Part shown: in pieces, positions 35,785 through 47,299 of the stretch
How the letters are laid out: every line of letters starts with the position of its first letter
Numbering within the stretch: position 1 is the stretch's first letter
Assembly: GCA_907165135.1 (NCBI GenBank)
Contig: OU015570.1
Location: forward strand, 2,687,929 to 2,751,928
Length of the DNA: 64,000 bases
DNA from: Oikopleura dioica
Taxonomy: Eukaryota; Animalia; Chordata
Reading direction: 5' to 3'
Position numbers and translations under genes: made by a program
Notes under the pieces: model-generated
Told to the model about the DNA's origin: nothing
What the model saw: only the letters and a program-made list of their open reading frames with translations
Database searches by the model: none

Positions 35785-38700
35785 ATCCAGTGATAACCAT
35801 CAAACTCAAACAGTATGACCCTAACGGGCACATACGAATCCTTACCCTTCCATTTTGCCTTCTTGATTCGGGTGCATCTTCTTCATATATAACGAGAGAT
35901 ATACTGCCTCCTGAAATGAATATCAAAAAGCTTGAAAATCCACAATATGTGAGCAATGCATTTGGAAAGAGAATTTCATCTATTGAAGAAATTCTTATAG
36001 CTAACCTTGCAATCGAAGAAGACGATATTGAAATTTCAAAAGTCAAGTTTCATCTTGTTACAAAAAAGATGAAATACAAAGCTATTATCGGAATGAACAT
36101 CATTTCCCACTTTAAAGTTGACTTCCGAAATGATGAAATAAAATTGCTCAATAATCTCTTGAGTAACGGAAGCAAAAACGAGGTATCAACTATCTTGTTT
36201 GAATCAGAAGAAAACTCGGTTGAGTATGATGTGTTATCCAACGAATATATAAGTGTTTCACCTCACAGTAATAGAAAACTGTATGTTCGACTTTTTGGCA
36301 AAAAATGGCCATCTGACAAAATGACATTTTTTCCCGATGAAAGATTCACCGAAAATGATATTTTTGTCCATGAATACAAAATTTTTTCAAACTTCCGAAT
36401 AGTTGAGATACAAAACAGATCTCACTCTGTTGTTGTTATCGACAAGAATGTTAAAGTCGGTTGCATTCGGGAAAAATTCTTCCATCACAATCTTAATTTC
36501 CTCCTCACCGAAAAAGAGCTTGAACCTTATGAAAAGGTGACTCATCAAAAGGAGTTGAGGCTCTGGCGGGAGCGGAGGAATCTCTTGGTTAAACATTACC
36601 CTCTGGATAAAGAAATTGAGGCACTCGCCGCACAGGCACCAAAGCAATATCAAAAAGAGCTTAGATTTATTCTTTTTAAGCACGAATGGACATTTTCAAG
36701 GGGAGTCAGTGATGCTGGCTTATCCCAAAATTACTTGACTGAATTGAAATTAAAAGACTCAGATGCTCCAGTTTATACAAGACCGTATAAATTGGATATA
36801 AGCATGCAAGAAAAAGTCGAGAAAAAGCTTGACGAGCTTAAGACTTCTGGAATTATTGAACCATGCTGTTCTGCATGGAACAGCCCTGTCATATTCGTCA
36901 AAAAGAAAGATGACAGCATAAGAGTTGTGAATAACTACTCAGCCTGTGGCGACAAGAGTGTCAATAGCAGACTGATCATTCCGAAATACCCTTCTCTTCC
37001 AATTCGATCAGTTCTTGCGAAAGTCAGCTCAGCGATCACGACATTGAAGGAAAGATTTCCTCACGACAAGATCTACTTTATCGGTCTCGACGTTCGAAAT
37101 GCTTTTTATAGCATTGCAATTAGAGAAAAGTCGAGGGATATCACTAGCTTCCTCTTTGGAGGAGAGCAATTCCGATATCAGAGAATGAGCCAGGGACTCT
37201 CATCGTCCCCCGCAACCTTCCAGTATTTCATCAATAAAGTCATGGCTGGAACGGAAGGAATGAGCAAGGACTACTTTCTCATCAATTATCTCGACGATTT
37301 CTTTGTTATCGTTCCTGAGCGCTTTCACAACAAATGTGTCGACAATTTACTACAACGAATGTCTGACCAAAACCTCGTAGTAGCGCTTCAAAAAAGCGAA
37401 TTTTACAAAACCGAGTGTAAATTCCTCGGATTTCTAATAACTGAGTCAGGAATCAAGGCTGACCAGATGAAGGTTCAAGCGCTTCTTGAATTGGACTTTC
37501 CCAAAAATTTAAAGGAAGCACAGAGATTTCAAGGGGCACTCAACTACTACAGTAGGTTGATTCCAAACATGTCAGCATGTCTAGCGCCGCTTGCCTCTGA
37601 AATTGGCAAAGGAAAAGCATACACGCTGAACGATGAAATAATAAACGGAATCAAACAGCTGAGAGATGAGATCCGGAAAGGTGTATCCATTGATCACTTG
37701 AAATATCCAACAGGCGAAGACGGCTCGTACCTGTTTATCGCTGCCGATACATCTTTGACGAGAACAGGATCAATCATCGGTAATCTTCGAAAAAACGAAG
37801 ATACTATTTCGAATATAACAATCGCTGGATATGCAAGCAAAGCTCTTGACAAACAAGAAGTCCTATTGTCATCAAGAGCTAGAGAATTAATAGGCCTTGG
37901 ACACGCACTCAAGGCATTCGAAGAACTCATTCCTAAAGATAGGAAATTTCTACTTCTCTGCGACCACAAAAATCTCGAAGGAGCTAAGCATTCCACTAAG
38001 TTAAAAACAAGTGGTAATAGCAGAGTAAGACTTGCATTTTCGAGATTGCTCGAATATCCTTTAGCGACTGTCCACTACCTTCCTGGAGAGCATCCCGTTA
38101 TTGGAGTTGCTGATGCTCTCTCAAGATTGCCAGTGTTGGAAATTGGAAAGATAAACAGTAAAATATTTGAGCCTTCAAATATTACAAATGAAAAAATGAC
38201 ACTGAATACGACACAAATATTTAGTCAACAAAAACCAATCGTCGACATTAAAATGATCATCGAGCATCAAAAACGATCAGACAAATTTTCGAAAATTCGG
38301 AAAAAATTGGTCGACAAACAGTGCGTCAAAATTGAGAATATTACTTACCAGTTACATAACGATATACTGTATCGAACAGTAAAAAATGGTAAGCTCCTCG
38401 CAATTGTTCCAAAAACGCTTTCAAAGGAGCTAATTGGCTTTTACCATGTAGCCACAGCTCATTCCGGAAAAGCACCTATTGAGGAAAAACTCAAAGATGA
38501 GCCTTTATGGCTAGAGAACAAAACGGAAGCAATCAGTCAAGCCATTGATGGTTGTATTTTCTGTTGCCTTATTCAACCGTCAAGGTTCAAGTCAAAGTCA
38601 GATATTGTGGCTCTTAAGCCAAGTCAAGCCTGTTACCAAAAAATATTTGTTGATTTAATCGAAATCTCAGTTTCAGGAAAACTTCTGCATTATCTATCAT

Positions 38701-39644
38701 TTTTGGACGACTTTTCGTTAATGTTATCAGTAGAACGAGTAAATTCAAAGGCAAAGCAGGATGTCGTTCCAAAAATAATTTTACTTTTAACAGAATTCGG
38801 TTGTCAAGGAAAAGCACTTATGGTTTCGGATAATGGCGGAGAATTCGTTAGCGATTGTCTCGCAGAAGCTGTTGAGTATTTACAAGTTGATCGATCATTT
38901 ATTGCACCATACAACTCAAGAGCAAATAGAGTTGAGCGGGCTCATAGAGACCTCAGATCATTTATAAGAACAGCAAATCTTAAATTTAAAGATGCTGATT
39001 TTATCGTTAAGATGAGTGCGAACTTATACAATCACCGCCAAAAAGAAGGTCTGAAGGGACTGACCCCAGCTCAAGTGGCAAGAAATATTGACCCACCAGT
39101 CCATTATGGGTCATTGAAACTCTTTGAAAATACAGGAAATTTCAAAGATATTCATGAGTACATGAAGCTTTTAGAAGAATTTCATGTTGAACTTGCCAGA
39201 CACAAGCGAGAAAAATATCTAGTTAAAGAAAGACGAATCAATGAACTCAAGAAAAATGATATTTGTGTTATCCGAAATCCAAACGACAAATTAGTTGGTC
39301 ATCGGAAGGACAATCTTGGCCCATACAGAGTTCTAGAAAAACGAGGCGACTCTGCTTACTATCTTGAACACATTCTCCTCGGGTCGAGAATCCTAAGAAA
39401 TAGACGGCTTATCATAAAGTTAAACTTGAATGAAAAAGAAGTTGAAATGCTTGAATCGAAGAAAAATCTTATGTTCAACAGTAACAATGAGATTTTGACC
39501 CAAAAAGAGAATGGAAAAATCGCCCGGTCACCTCTTGACCTCGAAAAATTTAAACAGAAACTTAAGTCAGAACGAGAAGAAGACATCACCGAAAAAGAAA
39601 AACCAAAATACTTCTTGAGAAGCCGCAATAAACAGAAAAAATGA
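35781..39644 (+). CDS. pol: Pol (protease, RT, RNase H, integrase), intact 1287 aa
   Basis: DSGA; WNSPV, LDVRNAF, QGLSSSP, YLDD; ADTS, CDHK, ADALSR; H-x3-H...CIFC; DLIE, DNGGEF, ERAH, GPYRV. Confidence 0.97.
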   Translation: MNPVITIKLKQYDPNGHIRILTLPFCLLDSGASSSYITRDILPPEMNIKKLENPQYVSNAFGKRISSIEEILIANLAIEEDDIEISKVKFHLVTKKMKYKAIIGMNIISHFKVDFRNDEIKLLNNLLSNGSKNEVSTILFESEENSVEYDVLSNEYISVSPHSNRKLYVRLFGKKWPSDKMTFFPDERFTENDIFVHEYKIFSNFRIVEIQNRSHSVVVIDKNVKVGCIREKFFHHNLNFLLTEKELEPYEKVTHQKELRLWRERRNLLVKHYPLDKEIEALAAQAPKQYQKELRFILFKHEWTFSRGVSDAGLSQNYLTELKLKDSDAPVYTRPYKLDISMQEKVEKKLDELKTSGIIEPCCSAWNSPVIFVKKKDDSIRVVNNYSACGDKSVNSRLIIPKYPSLPIRSVLAKVSSAITTLKERFPHDKIYFIGLDVRNAFYSIAIREKSRDITSFLFGGEQFRYQRMSQGLSSSPATFQYFINKVMAGTEGMSKDYFLINYLDDFFVIVPERFHNKCVDNLLQRMSDQNLVVALQKSEFYKTECKFLGFLITESGIKADQMKVQALLELDFPKNLKEAQRFQGALNYYSRLIPNMSACLAPLASEIGKGKAYTLNDEIINGIKQLRDEIRKGVSIDHLKYPTGEDGSYLFIAADTSLTRTGSIIGNLRKNEDTISNITIAGYASKALDKQEVLLSSRARELIGLGHALKAFEELIPKDRKFLLLCDHKNLEGAKHSTKLKTSGNSRVRLAFSRLLEYPLATVHYLPGEHPVIGVADALSRLPVLEIGKINSKIFEPSNITNEKMTLNTTQIFSQQKPIVDIKMIIEHQKRSDKFSKIRKKLVDKQCVKIENITYQLHNDILYRTVKNGKLLAIVPKTLSKELIGFYHVATAHSGKAPIEEKLKDEPLWLENKTEAISQAIDGCIFCCLIQPSRFKSKSDIVALKPSQACYQKIFVDLIEISVSGKLLHYLSFLDDFSLMLSVERVNSKAKQDVVPKIILLLTEFGCQGKALMVSDNGGEFVSDCLAEAVEYLQVDRSFIAPYNSRANRVERAHRDLRSFIRTANLKFKDADFIVKMSANLYNHRQKEGLKGLTPAQVARNIDPPVHYGSLKLFENTGNFKDIHEYMKLLEEFHVELARHKREKYLVKERRINELKKNDICVIRNPNDKLVGHRKDNLGPYRVLEKRGDSAYYLEHILLGSRILRNRRLIIKLNLNEKEVEMLESKKNLMFNSNNEILTQKENGKIARSPLDLEKFKQKLKSEREEDITEKEKPKYFLRSRNKQKK

Positions 39645-41259
39645 AGATATACGCAGTTATCATTTTAACCGCCATAAGTACGATATTCGACGGCGAAATA
39701 TTGAGCAAACACCGATTTTCCATTAAAAATGGAAAGAAAAACTTGATCAAGATGATAAGCTACCCTCAGAAACTTGAGTGGGAAAAGTCAAATTGCTCAG
39801 ATGAATTTCAACGACAGATCATGGATTACGAGAAAAATACGGAAGATAACATGATGAGTTGGTTGTATAACAACTCCATTCCGGTGCACTACACTGGAGA
39901 ACTCAGCCGCGAGAAAAAATCACAAAATATTATTGTTGAAATGAATGATAAAATCTGTCATCAAAATTGTTCGAGTCTTTTCAATAAAAATGTTTGCAAA
40001 CAAAAATATTCGTACAGTGTTGAATTCAATGGAAAGGCTCAGGGAATATTTATAAATATTCAAAAAGCAAAGGATACTGAAATTAAACTTACTGTTTTTA
40101 CTGACGTCAAACGCAAAGCTTCGCTTGTAGCTGAATACGAGTTCGATCTTCAATACCATCTGTATCTTGGTTTTAAACGAATAAAAAAGTTTGATATTGA
40201 GTTTGAAACGAAGAGAATAGATGTCATGAGCGAAGGCCAAGCTCAGGACATTCCTGTTTGCTTCAAAATATTGAGCATTACACCGCTCTACAATTCTGTC
40301 AGCGCTAACTTAGCGCAAGCAGAACTAAAAAACTCAATTAAAGCTTTCACGGATTATAACTCAGCTTCAAGAAATAAGACTGTAGAAATGTTGAGCTCAA
40401 CGTGCGCACATAATTCGGGCTCCATGGACACATTCTTGCAGAAGCAACATAGTATCTTTTTGCATCAATTTATAGAGAATCACAGTAATCTCAGTCTCGC
40501 GTCAAAATCATTTAAAGATGTTATCATAAAAAAGCTCAACACATTGTGTTCGGATAATAAAGACGAAAAAATCGCATGCGAAAAATTTAATAAAAAAATG
40601 AATTTCGAGATCAAAGATTTAAGGGTATACAAGACGATAAATGACATCAGATCCGAATATTATATACAGTATTCAGAACCGAAAATTGAGAGAATAGACA
40701 CAATTATGAAATTATACCCTAAAATTATACCTTTTCGTCATCATCAAGGACTATTCTTATTTCAGAAAGTTAGGCTCCCCAGTATAATCGCAAATAAAGA
40801 TGAGAATATTATTGAGTTCGAAAAATGTGAAAAATTGGAAAATAGGCACACCATGGTAAACATGGCACCACAGAAATAAAATGTTTAACCTGGTTGATAA
40901 AAAATGCAGAAGAAACGAGAAATGACTGTTATACAACTGTCATTAAAAATCAGCCATGTATTGAGTACGATAGAATCGGAGCACTCTCAAAAATATGTTT
41001 TCAAGGATTTGAAAATGATAAAAAATTGATCGAGAAAAATATGAGCTCATCTTCAGTAGAAAATAAAATTACCACAAAATATTTACTGATAAGAATACTC
41101 TGTATATTTGCAACACTCTTTGGTATTTTTATTATTGTCAAAATGAGAATTCGATTCAAAAAGGTCTTCACAAGAATATTTTACGTGAAAAAACGTAGCG
41201 AAATCAACAAAAAATCATCTAAAAAGGATCTTTGGGAGACTATCTCAATCAAAATATAA
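39641..41259 (+). CDS. env: Env-like glycoprotein with one frameshift near 40855
   Basis: Signal peptide, N-glycosylation sequons, Cys pattern shared with the other env ORFs; frame 2 (KHGTTEIKC...) leads to TM LLIRILCIFATLFGIFIIV. Confidence 0.8.
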
Positions 41260-41306
41260 TTTTCCGATGACTTATTTATAACATAGATACTGAATTTCAC
41301 AATCCG

Positions 41307-41711
41307 ATGAATCAACAATTAGAATATGAACTACCGTTTAATCTTAATTTAAATTGCAATTCAAAAGCGAACTCCTTTAACGATGATCACGCGGACAAAA
41401 GTCAAAACTTTAGAGCGTTTATAAAAATCGTTAGCAATCCAGCATATCTGACAGCCTTTTTGGCTGCCGCGTTTTTGTTAGGCAGTATTTTTACATACTG
41501 TATTTTCCGAAATAAAATTCGACGAGTAAAAAAGAACTACAAGAAAGAAATCAATTTCATTCATGAAAACAACAGGCAAGAGCGTGTAAATGCGAACAAC
41601 ACATATCATCCCTCTCCAATAATTATGCCAATCGCATTTCCAGCATCGCCAGAAAATGATCGTCGATTTTTGCCTACAGTGCCTTATTCCGACACTATTT
41701 CGGAAATATAA
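41307..41711 (+). CDS. 134-aa single-pass membrane protein, unknown
   Basis: Intact ORF just after env; TM AYLTAFLAAAFLLGSIFTYCIF followed by a basic stop-transfer segment. Confidence 0.6.
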   Translation: MNQQLEYELPFNLNLNCNSKANSFNDDHADKSQNFRAFIKIVSNPAYLTAFLAAAFLLGSIFTYCIFRNKIRRVKKNYKKEINFIHENNRQERVNANNTYHPSPIIMPIAFPASPENDRRFLPTVPYSDTISEI

Positions 41712-43285
41712 CCTAGTAATTTTTTTTTAAAAAGGCAGAGACATTGACACGTGACAAGAAAGATTTTGAGTAGAGCAATCTTCAAAATCTCACGTGAAAA
41801 TTTGAACCTTGAATAGATCTTTCATTTTAGCTATCGCGACTTATTCTAACAATTCCAGGGAAAAAGTTATTCAAGTGAGAAAATCGACCTTTTCTGACTA
41901 GATACCCTTAATTAATTTTTCCTGTAGACATTGACGGGCAATTTCTCTACGAATAACTTTGCGAAATGTTAAAATTTTTACTTTTCTGAAAAATTAGGAC
42001 ACTTCTTTACCTAGCGCCTATTTTGGAAAATAGATTTGCTAGGAATACTGGCTCTAAAATCGGCAAAAGAAAGCGCAACTCCTCACAAATAGCGTTATTT
42101 TTCACGTTTAACGTTCAAGCGTGTAGTGTTAGAAAGCGCGCGGCGCCTTTAATCTATGTGGATCATATAAATCTCTCATTCACAAAAAGGATCATTTAAT
42201 TTCAGAGCGCGATTTTTCGCCGCACGAAAACCAAAAACCCAATGAATTCTCTAATGCAACTTTTGGCCGGTTCGCTTATCAGCACCACTTTGACCAGTAG
42301 TCATCAAAAGGGAAAATATTTGCTCAAGACGCGTTTGAATAATTTGTGCATATGTTTTGGAGAATAACGTCGCAAATGAAGAACACAGGGCGTTTGCGGT
42401 TATATCTTAAATGAAACCGATCGCTGAACGGCCTGTTATTTAAAAATCAACGAAGAGAACTTAAAATTACACGTTTTATTCTTTTTGTTAAAACCAATCT
42501 GCTTCGCGACTTTCCAGCACAAGAATCTTCCCACTTTCATTCAAATGCAAAAACAGACTTGTTTTTTTTTCGTTTTTGTAAAGGTCCATCTTCACTTTTT
42601 CTTATCACTGTCATTTTACAGTAAAAGATCAACATTTTTTCTGGAAGAAGGGGAGAAGATATTTTCTCGCTTAAAAATAGCGAAAATTAAAATTCTTGAA
42701 CGAATTTACTGAGTTTTCGCTGAAAATTTTTCAAACAAACAGCAAGAAGATTTAATTTTGAATTTGAAGCGGAACTTGCAACTGTTCTTTTTACGCTTCA
42801 GTGATTTTACGTAACGCCTTCTCACCAATAAAGAGATCATTACTGTCATTTAACTGGCTCTTTGGCAAAAGGATTCAGTCAATCCGATTTCAACTATTAC
42901 CGTTGCGATTTCACTCGCGAGGCGGTGCGCTAAAAATTCAGGCGCACTTGCGCTTGGGCCTGCGGTGTGGTTATTACCCGGAATGACGTAACATTCTCGA
43001 AGCAGGGGAAAAATTGACCAGAGGCTCGGCCTTGTGGGGGCGCTAAGGAGCAGCGCGCTCTAAGAAGAGCAAAAACCTTCCTTTGCTAATTAGAAACTCT
43101 TCTTTAATATAATTATAAAAGTAATTAAGACATTTTCTTTTGCAGTTTTTTCTGCATATTCTTGCTGGCTCAACTGATATGTCTTTTAACATCTTATTAT
43201 AAACAAAATAATCGAGTGGTCTCCGTTTGCCAATTTGGTCGCTGTTTCCCCAAGTTGGGTAAAAGGCGATGTGAATTGATTAAGA

Positions 43286-44762
43286 TTCTCCACAGTCAGT
43301 CCCGGCTTCATCAACTTTAATCCCAGCTTCAACAACTTTGATCCTAGCTTTTCAGACGTCAATCCTGGTGACTCGAACGTCCATTGTGGCATCTCCAGCG
43401 TCGATTTCGGCTTCTTTATGCCGATCCTAGCGTCACAAACTAAAATCCTAATTCTAATAATTAAACATTTTGGGAAACGGTCGGACTCATTACCAATTGG
43501 TAACCCATAACCAATTTCTCAGACCTCAGTCTCGGCTTCTCAGTTGCAAATCATGCTTCTTGAATGTCAATCATGGTTGAAAAAGCCCAGATAGAAATCG
43601 ATGATCCCAGGAATAAGATCAGGGTTCGAAATTTTCAAAAATCTCAGCTCCAAGCTCCCACCAGAGTTCAGCCGTCTCAGCCCCGATTCTTGATTTTTAA
43701 TTTAAGGGGCTTGACGGCCCTTCGGGCCGTCTCAGCCCCGATTCTTGATTTTTAATTTAAGGGGCTTGACGGCCCTTCGGGCCGTCTCAGCCCCGATTCT
43801 TGATTTTTATTTAAGGGGCTTGACGGCCCTTCGGGCCGTCTCAGCCCCGATTCTTGATTTTTTAATTTAAGGGGCTTGACGGCCCTTCGGGCCGTCTCAG
43901 CCCCGATTCTTGATTTTTTAATTTAAGGGGCTTGACGGCCCTTCGGGCCGTCTCAGCCCCGATTCTTGATTTTTTAATTTAAGGGGCTTGACAATGGCTG
44001 GGAACTCTGTGGTGATCAATCTCTGTTAAGTCCCCAACCCCACCCACACCCATCGTTTATAAAATTCGAATTATCCCAGTTTTAAAAAGACTTATGGTCT
44101 TTTTTTATTTTTATTTTTAAGAGCTTCCTACGGTTTTGGCCAAAATGGGTCTCGCACGGACACTGTTGAACCTAAAATTATTTTATTAAAATGAGATTTT
44201 GGGTTGGAATAATTAGAATTGTAAAAAAATGCCCATTTTTGGTGCATTTCCATGAAAACGGTCCTTTATAAACGCGATTTTGACTGCAGTTTTCTCGCCA
44301 AATCTTTTTTTTGTGCTTCTCGTCGCTGGAATTTTCAACCCTTTTCTTTTTTCTGCTCCCGCATTTCCCAAAATCCCGCATTTCTCGAATCCTGGATCTG
44401 TTAAAATCCTGAGTTTCTCAAATAGCCAATTCAGGATTCTGCCGATTCTGGATTTTCCAATGTCGATCCCGGGTTCTTTGACGTCAACCCCGACTTTTCA
44501 GCGTCAATCCCAGCTTCATCAGTTTCAATCTCGGCTTTTCCAACGTCAATTTTATTGATTATTATTCAAGAAGCAATAAAAGAAAATTTTAAAGCCGGGA
44601 CTGGCATCTGAGAAGCTAGGATTGAAGAAAGTGACGCCCGGATCGGATCTTAAGAAGCCGGGATTGACGCTTGAGCGACCAGGATTGACGTCTGTAAAGC
44701 TAGGATCGAAGTTGTTGAAGCAAAGATTAAAGTGGGTGAAGCCGGGATTGAGTGTGGAAAAG
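43286..44762. mobile_element. foldback-like element with arms built from 21-bp repeats
   Basis: 43286-43380 is the inverted, highly similar counterpart of 44673-44762; more 21-bp units at 44460-44670. Confidence 0.55.
43671..43992. repeat. 54-56 bp tandem array with five GC hairpins
   Basis: Unit contains GGGGCT-T-GACGGCCC-TTC-GGGCCGTC-TC-AGCCCC. Confidence 0.95.
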
Positions 44763-45505
44763 CCAATAAAATTAAGTTTAATAATCGATTAATTTATTTA
44801 AACTACATTATATGTACCTATATTATTATTATGATACTATATTATTAAAAGATTATTATAAAATAACCGCCTTTTAAAGAAAAAATAAGTTTTCAATTCA
44901 TTAATCCTGTCAAAAACCGTTTATTTTAATTAACCTTCATTCTTGATTTTATTTCCGAGTGAGGGCGCTTATTTCACGCCGCGCTCTGATTGGTGCGCGC
45001 TCGTGAAAGCTCTGATCTGCGGGGAGTGTGGTAGGTGTTGTACGTCTCAAAAATACACGCCTCGCGCTAAATCTCGATCTGATGGGGCTTCAGATCGAGA
45101 TTTTTCACCGCCGCAAAAGTGAGAGCGCAACGGTACTAATTGAAAACTATACCCAATAAACTAAGAGCTTTGCGATTTTTTCTTCATTAATCAATACAAA
45201 ATTGAGAGTTTGCGACTGTATTAGAAATATACAGTAAGAAAGATGGTCCTAAAAGTCAAGTTTTTCTAACAACTTGAAAAAGAAAAGAAAGAGAAGAAAA
45301 CGATCGGCAAAAGTCGAAGCGCGGCGAAAAAGAACTGTCTTTTATGATTTCAAAATACTTTCAAAGAGTTTCAAACTAGTTATTTTGAAATTTTCCTGAG
45401 AGCACCAAACTTGCCGAAGATATCGTAGAGTTCTTCAGAGTTCTGGCTAAAAATATTGATTAGTTTTATGGAAAATTTATTAGAATTTTAAGTAAAATTA
45501 CCAGC

Positions 45506-46889
45506 TCAAAGGGGCAAATGTTCGAAGTCCTGAGGAGGAAGACAGACAGCTCGGCAGTAGGGACATTCGAAAAATGCGGATGCTCATTGAGCCACAAGAG
45601 GCAGCAATGGCGGCTTTTTCAGATTTTTTAAAAAAAGAAAGAAAGAAATTTTTAATAATTTTGAAAATTTTTAAAATCTGTGCCAGATGAAGTGGCCGTT
45701 CTGGCACTCCACACTGCAGGCGGGACAGACGCCCCGCTCAGCGCCTTGCGGCAACACATTCGCACAGATGTCGCACTGAATTTTTAAAAGAAATAACACT
45801 GTAACAAGCAATTACAGTTAATATCATATGTGGTCATTCTTCGGGGTAAAGAAAACTGTTTCTCCCTAAACCTACTCTTAACCCGACTTACATCGAATGC
45901 TACATCTTGTCGCTATTCGAGCTGCTGCAGCGGCTGGAGCTCCACCGGATCAGCAGGATCATCTGGGTTGAGATCGGCGACTTCTTGATCGACGGCTTCA
46001 ATCACGGGCGCAGGGAAGTCGAAGATAGGCTCAGCCTTTGACGAGTTATTTTTTGAAAGTGAGAAAAATTATAAAATTTTCTTGTTATTTTTAAACTCGT
46101 TCCTGGAGTTCATCCGCTTGGACTATCTCCAGAGGCGGTGGCAGATCCTGAAACACAGGCGCACCATGAACTGGCGCACCTTGAGCCTGAATCGGAGCTG
46201 GAGCTTGAGCTGGAGCTAGAGCTTGAGCTGGAGCGGGAGCATGAAGAATTGCAGGTGGAGGACCCGGCATCGCAGGGACGCCTTGAGCTTGTTGCGGAGG
46301 TGAGCGTCGAGCGCGCTGAGCAGCTGGCCCTTGGTGCTCATCGGCCACGGAAGCCTCGCGTCGGCGTCGTCTTCCTCGTCGACTTGGTCCTGGCGCATTT
46401 CGGTCCTCGTCGGAAGAACTCGCAAGCTCCTCGCGTCGAATAACTCTTCGACGGGCCCTGATCGGCGGCAATATGCGGAATTGCCACTGAAATTTAATTT
46501 TTGATAACCTGTTTTGCAGGATAATTTATGCCATTTTAAATGGATTGAATAAAATAAGCAAAATATAACAATTTTTAATAATAAACTACTCGCTAAAAGT
46601 TGAAAATGTCAAAATGAAATAGCGGTAATTATTTTATGCTTAAACCTTGCGACAAGATAGACGATTCGAAAAAGGACTAGTGAGTTTTATTGAGCTAGTT
46701 TTATGAAAATCTTTGAAAATATTCTTCTGAAAATATTCAAGAACTTACTTCGTACCGCCACCCGCAGTGCCGGCAGTGATGAAGGTAGGAGTAAGGACTG
46801 AGAGATGTACGTGGCCCTTGGCCGTCTTCTCTACCCGGACAGTCAAGATTCCGGCACCGCGGGCGGCGGAAGTCAGCGACGTTGAACAT
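45506..46889 (-). pseudogene. 5-exon gene: N-terminal Cys/His Zn motif, disordered linker, C-terminal C3HC4 RING (about 291 aa)
   Basis: Exons 46889-46749, 46486-46097, 46035-45892, 45775-45684 and 45613-45506 join in frame; CDIC...CQNGHFICRHC...W...CPYC; one TAG and one 1-nt loss; last intron GC-AG. Confidence 0.75.
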
Positions 46890-47299
46890 TTGAAAAATCG
46901 TAATTTTGGCAAAAGCGTGTTTTCTGACGATTTTTGAAAGGCTGAGTGAGAGCTTGAGAGTCGAAAATCGAGAATTTCGTTCAAAACGATAACGAATTTG
47001 GCCATTTCTATTGTCCGCCAAGAATGATTCGACGATATCTACTGATACAGGCTCAAAAACAACCCGTGCAAAATTGTTACATCAGAATTATCAATCATAT
47101 TTGCCAGATTGGCGAGCATTTCATGAAATCAAGGAAGAAAACCAACCAGTACTCCGGTACTTTGCAAAAGAATCCATTGCCAGTTCATCCCTTTTCTCCA
47201 TGATTCCAAAAATCAGAAAATTTTCTGACTAAAATAAGCGAAAAACTAACATTTTGCAGATTTATTTTAATCAAAAATACAGTTACAGTAACTACAGTT

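Noticed and set aside
25348-36428. Pure assembly artefact explanation for the duplication
   Set aside because: The unique templated junction and copy-specific MITE argue against it, although haplotype stacking is not excluded without reads
43671-43992. CRISPR-like array of palindromic repeats
   Set aside because: No unique spacers, no cas genes, eukaryotic context; it is a tandem repeat
46138-46443. ORF with ELELEL repeat
   Set aside because: Antisense to the Ala-Pro linker of the RING gene
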